Source of the DNA: Candidatus Zixiibacteriota bacterium
GTDB lineage: Bacteria > Zixibacteria > MSB-5A5 > GN15 > PGXB01
NCBI GenBank assembly: GCA_030667525.1
Contig: DAOUVS010000001.1
Span: 1-56,400, forward strand
DNA length: 56,400 bases
Direction of reading: 5' to 3'
The notes beneath the pieces were generated by a model. It searched no databases. It saw nothing but the letters and a program-made list of their open reading frames with translations, and was not told the DNA's origin. Positions 56,377 through 56,400 of the stretch are shown here, piece after piece; positions within the stretch are counted from its first letter, which is position 1, and each line of letters starts with the position of its first letter. A program made the position numbers and the translations under genes.

Positions 56377-56400
56377 TAGCGGTGCAGGGACTTGAACCCC
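56377..56400 (-). tRNA. 3' end of a tRNA gene (T-arm plus acceptor 3' strand), truncated by the window end; isotype unknown
   Basis: The reverse complement ggggTTCAAGTccctgcaccgcta shows a canonical T-loop (TTCAAGT) flanked by a G/C stem, 7 acceptor bases and a discriminator A. No CCA is encoded. Confidence 0.5.

Overview
This 56.4-kb window comes from a moderately AT-rich Gram-negative bacterium that looks uncultivated. T9SS-type C-terminal sorting domains, a PorV-like porin and frequent Shine-Dalgarno sites suggest the FCB-superphylum periphery (Zixibacteria/Calditrichota-like), but this lineage call is only a guess. UGA is a normal stop codon here. Content in order:

1. A truncated secreted protein and a long AT-rich spacer containing an outer-membrane-protein gene remnant (1-1585).
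2. A surface operon of a TonB-dependent-receptor-like barrel, a 1112-aa secreted protein and a PorV-like porin (1586-8855).
3. The housekeeping genes gdhA and nhaA.
4. A small accessory islet (12.3-14.2 kb). It holds a tandemly duplicated 273/292-bp non-coding unit, four copies of a GC-rich hairpin, and a very AT-rich orphan gene whose C-terminus carries an RNxxxH (HEPN-like) motif.
5. A receiver::PEP/pyruvate-binding fusion protein, an OmpR/histidine-kinase pair and a YceI-like protein.
6. A 14.5-kb multihaem cytochrome supercluster (20.1-34.7 kb). It contains two multihaem-c::cytochrome-b fusions (11 and 19 CxxCH), an ImcH-like heptahaem, a Rieske/cytochrome b complex with a 9-haem subunit, a TetR-linked MtrA/MtoA-like decahaem with an MtrB/PioB-like barrel interrupted by an in-frame TGA, and a tetrahaem.
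7. crcB, preceded by a candidate fluoride riboswitch.
8. A 16-gene aromatic amino-acid supraoperon (trpEGDCFBA-aroH-aroF-tyrA-aroA-aroE-aroC-aroK-aroB-aroQ). It is preceded by a 42-codon leader peptide packed with Tyr/Phe/Trp codons and a strong attenuator terminator.
9. Three surface proteins: a beta-helix/13x TSP3-repeat/T9SS protein, a tail-fibre-like protein with a peptidase-S74 chaperone domain, and a small T9SS-tagged protein.
10. The 3' end of a tRNA at the window edge.

The three most noteworthy items are the extracellular-electron-transfer-type cytochrome supercluster, the hairpin-repeat plus HEPN-motif islet, and the multi-aromatic attenuator. All functional calls rest on motif and family recognition by eye; no database search was run.
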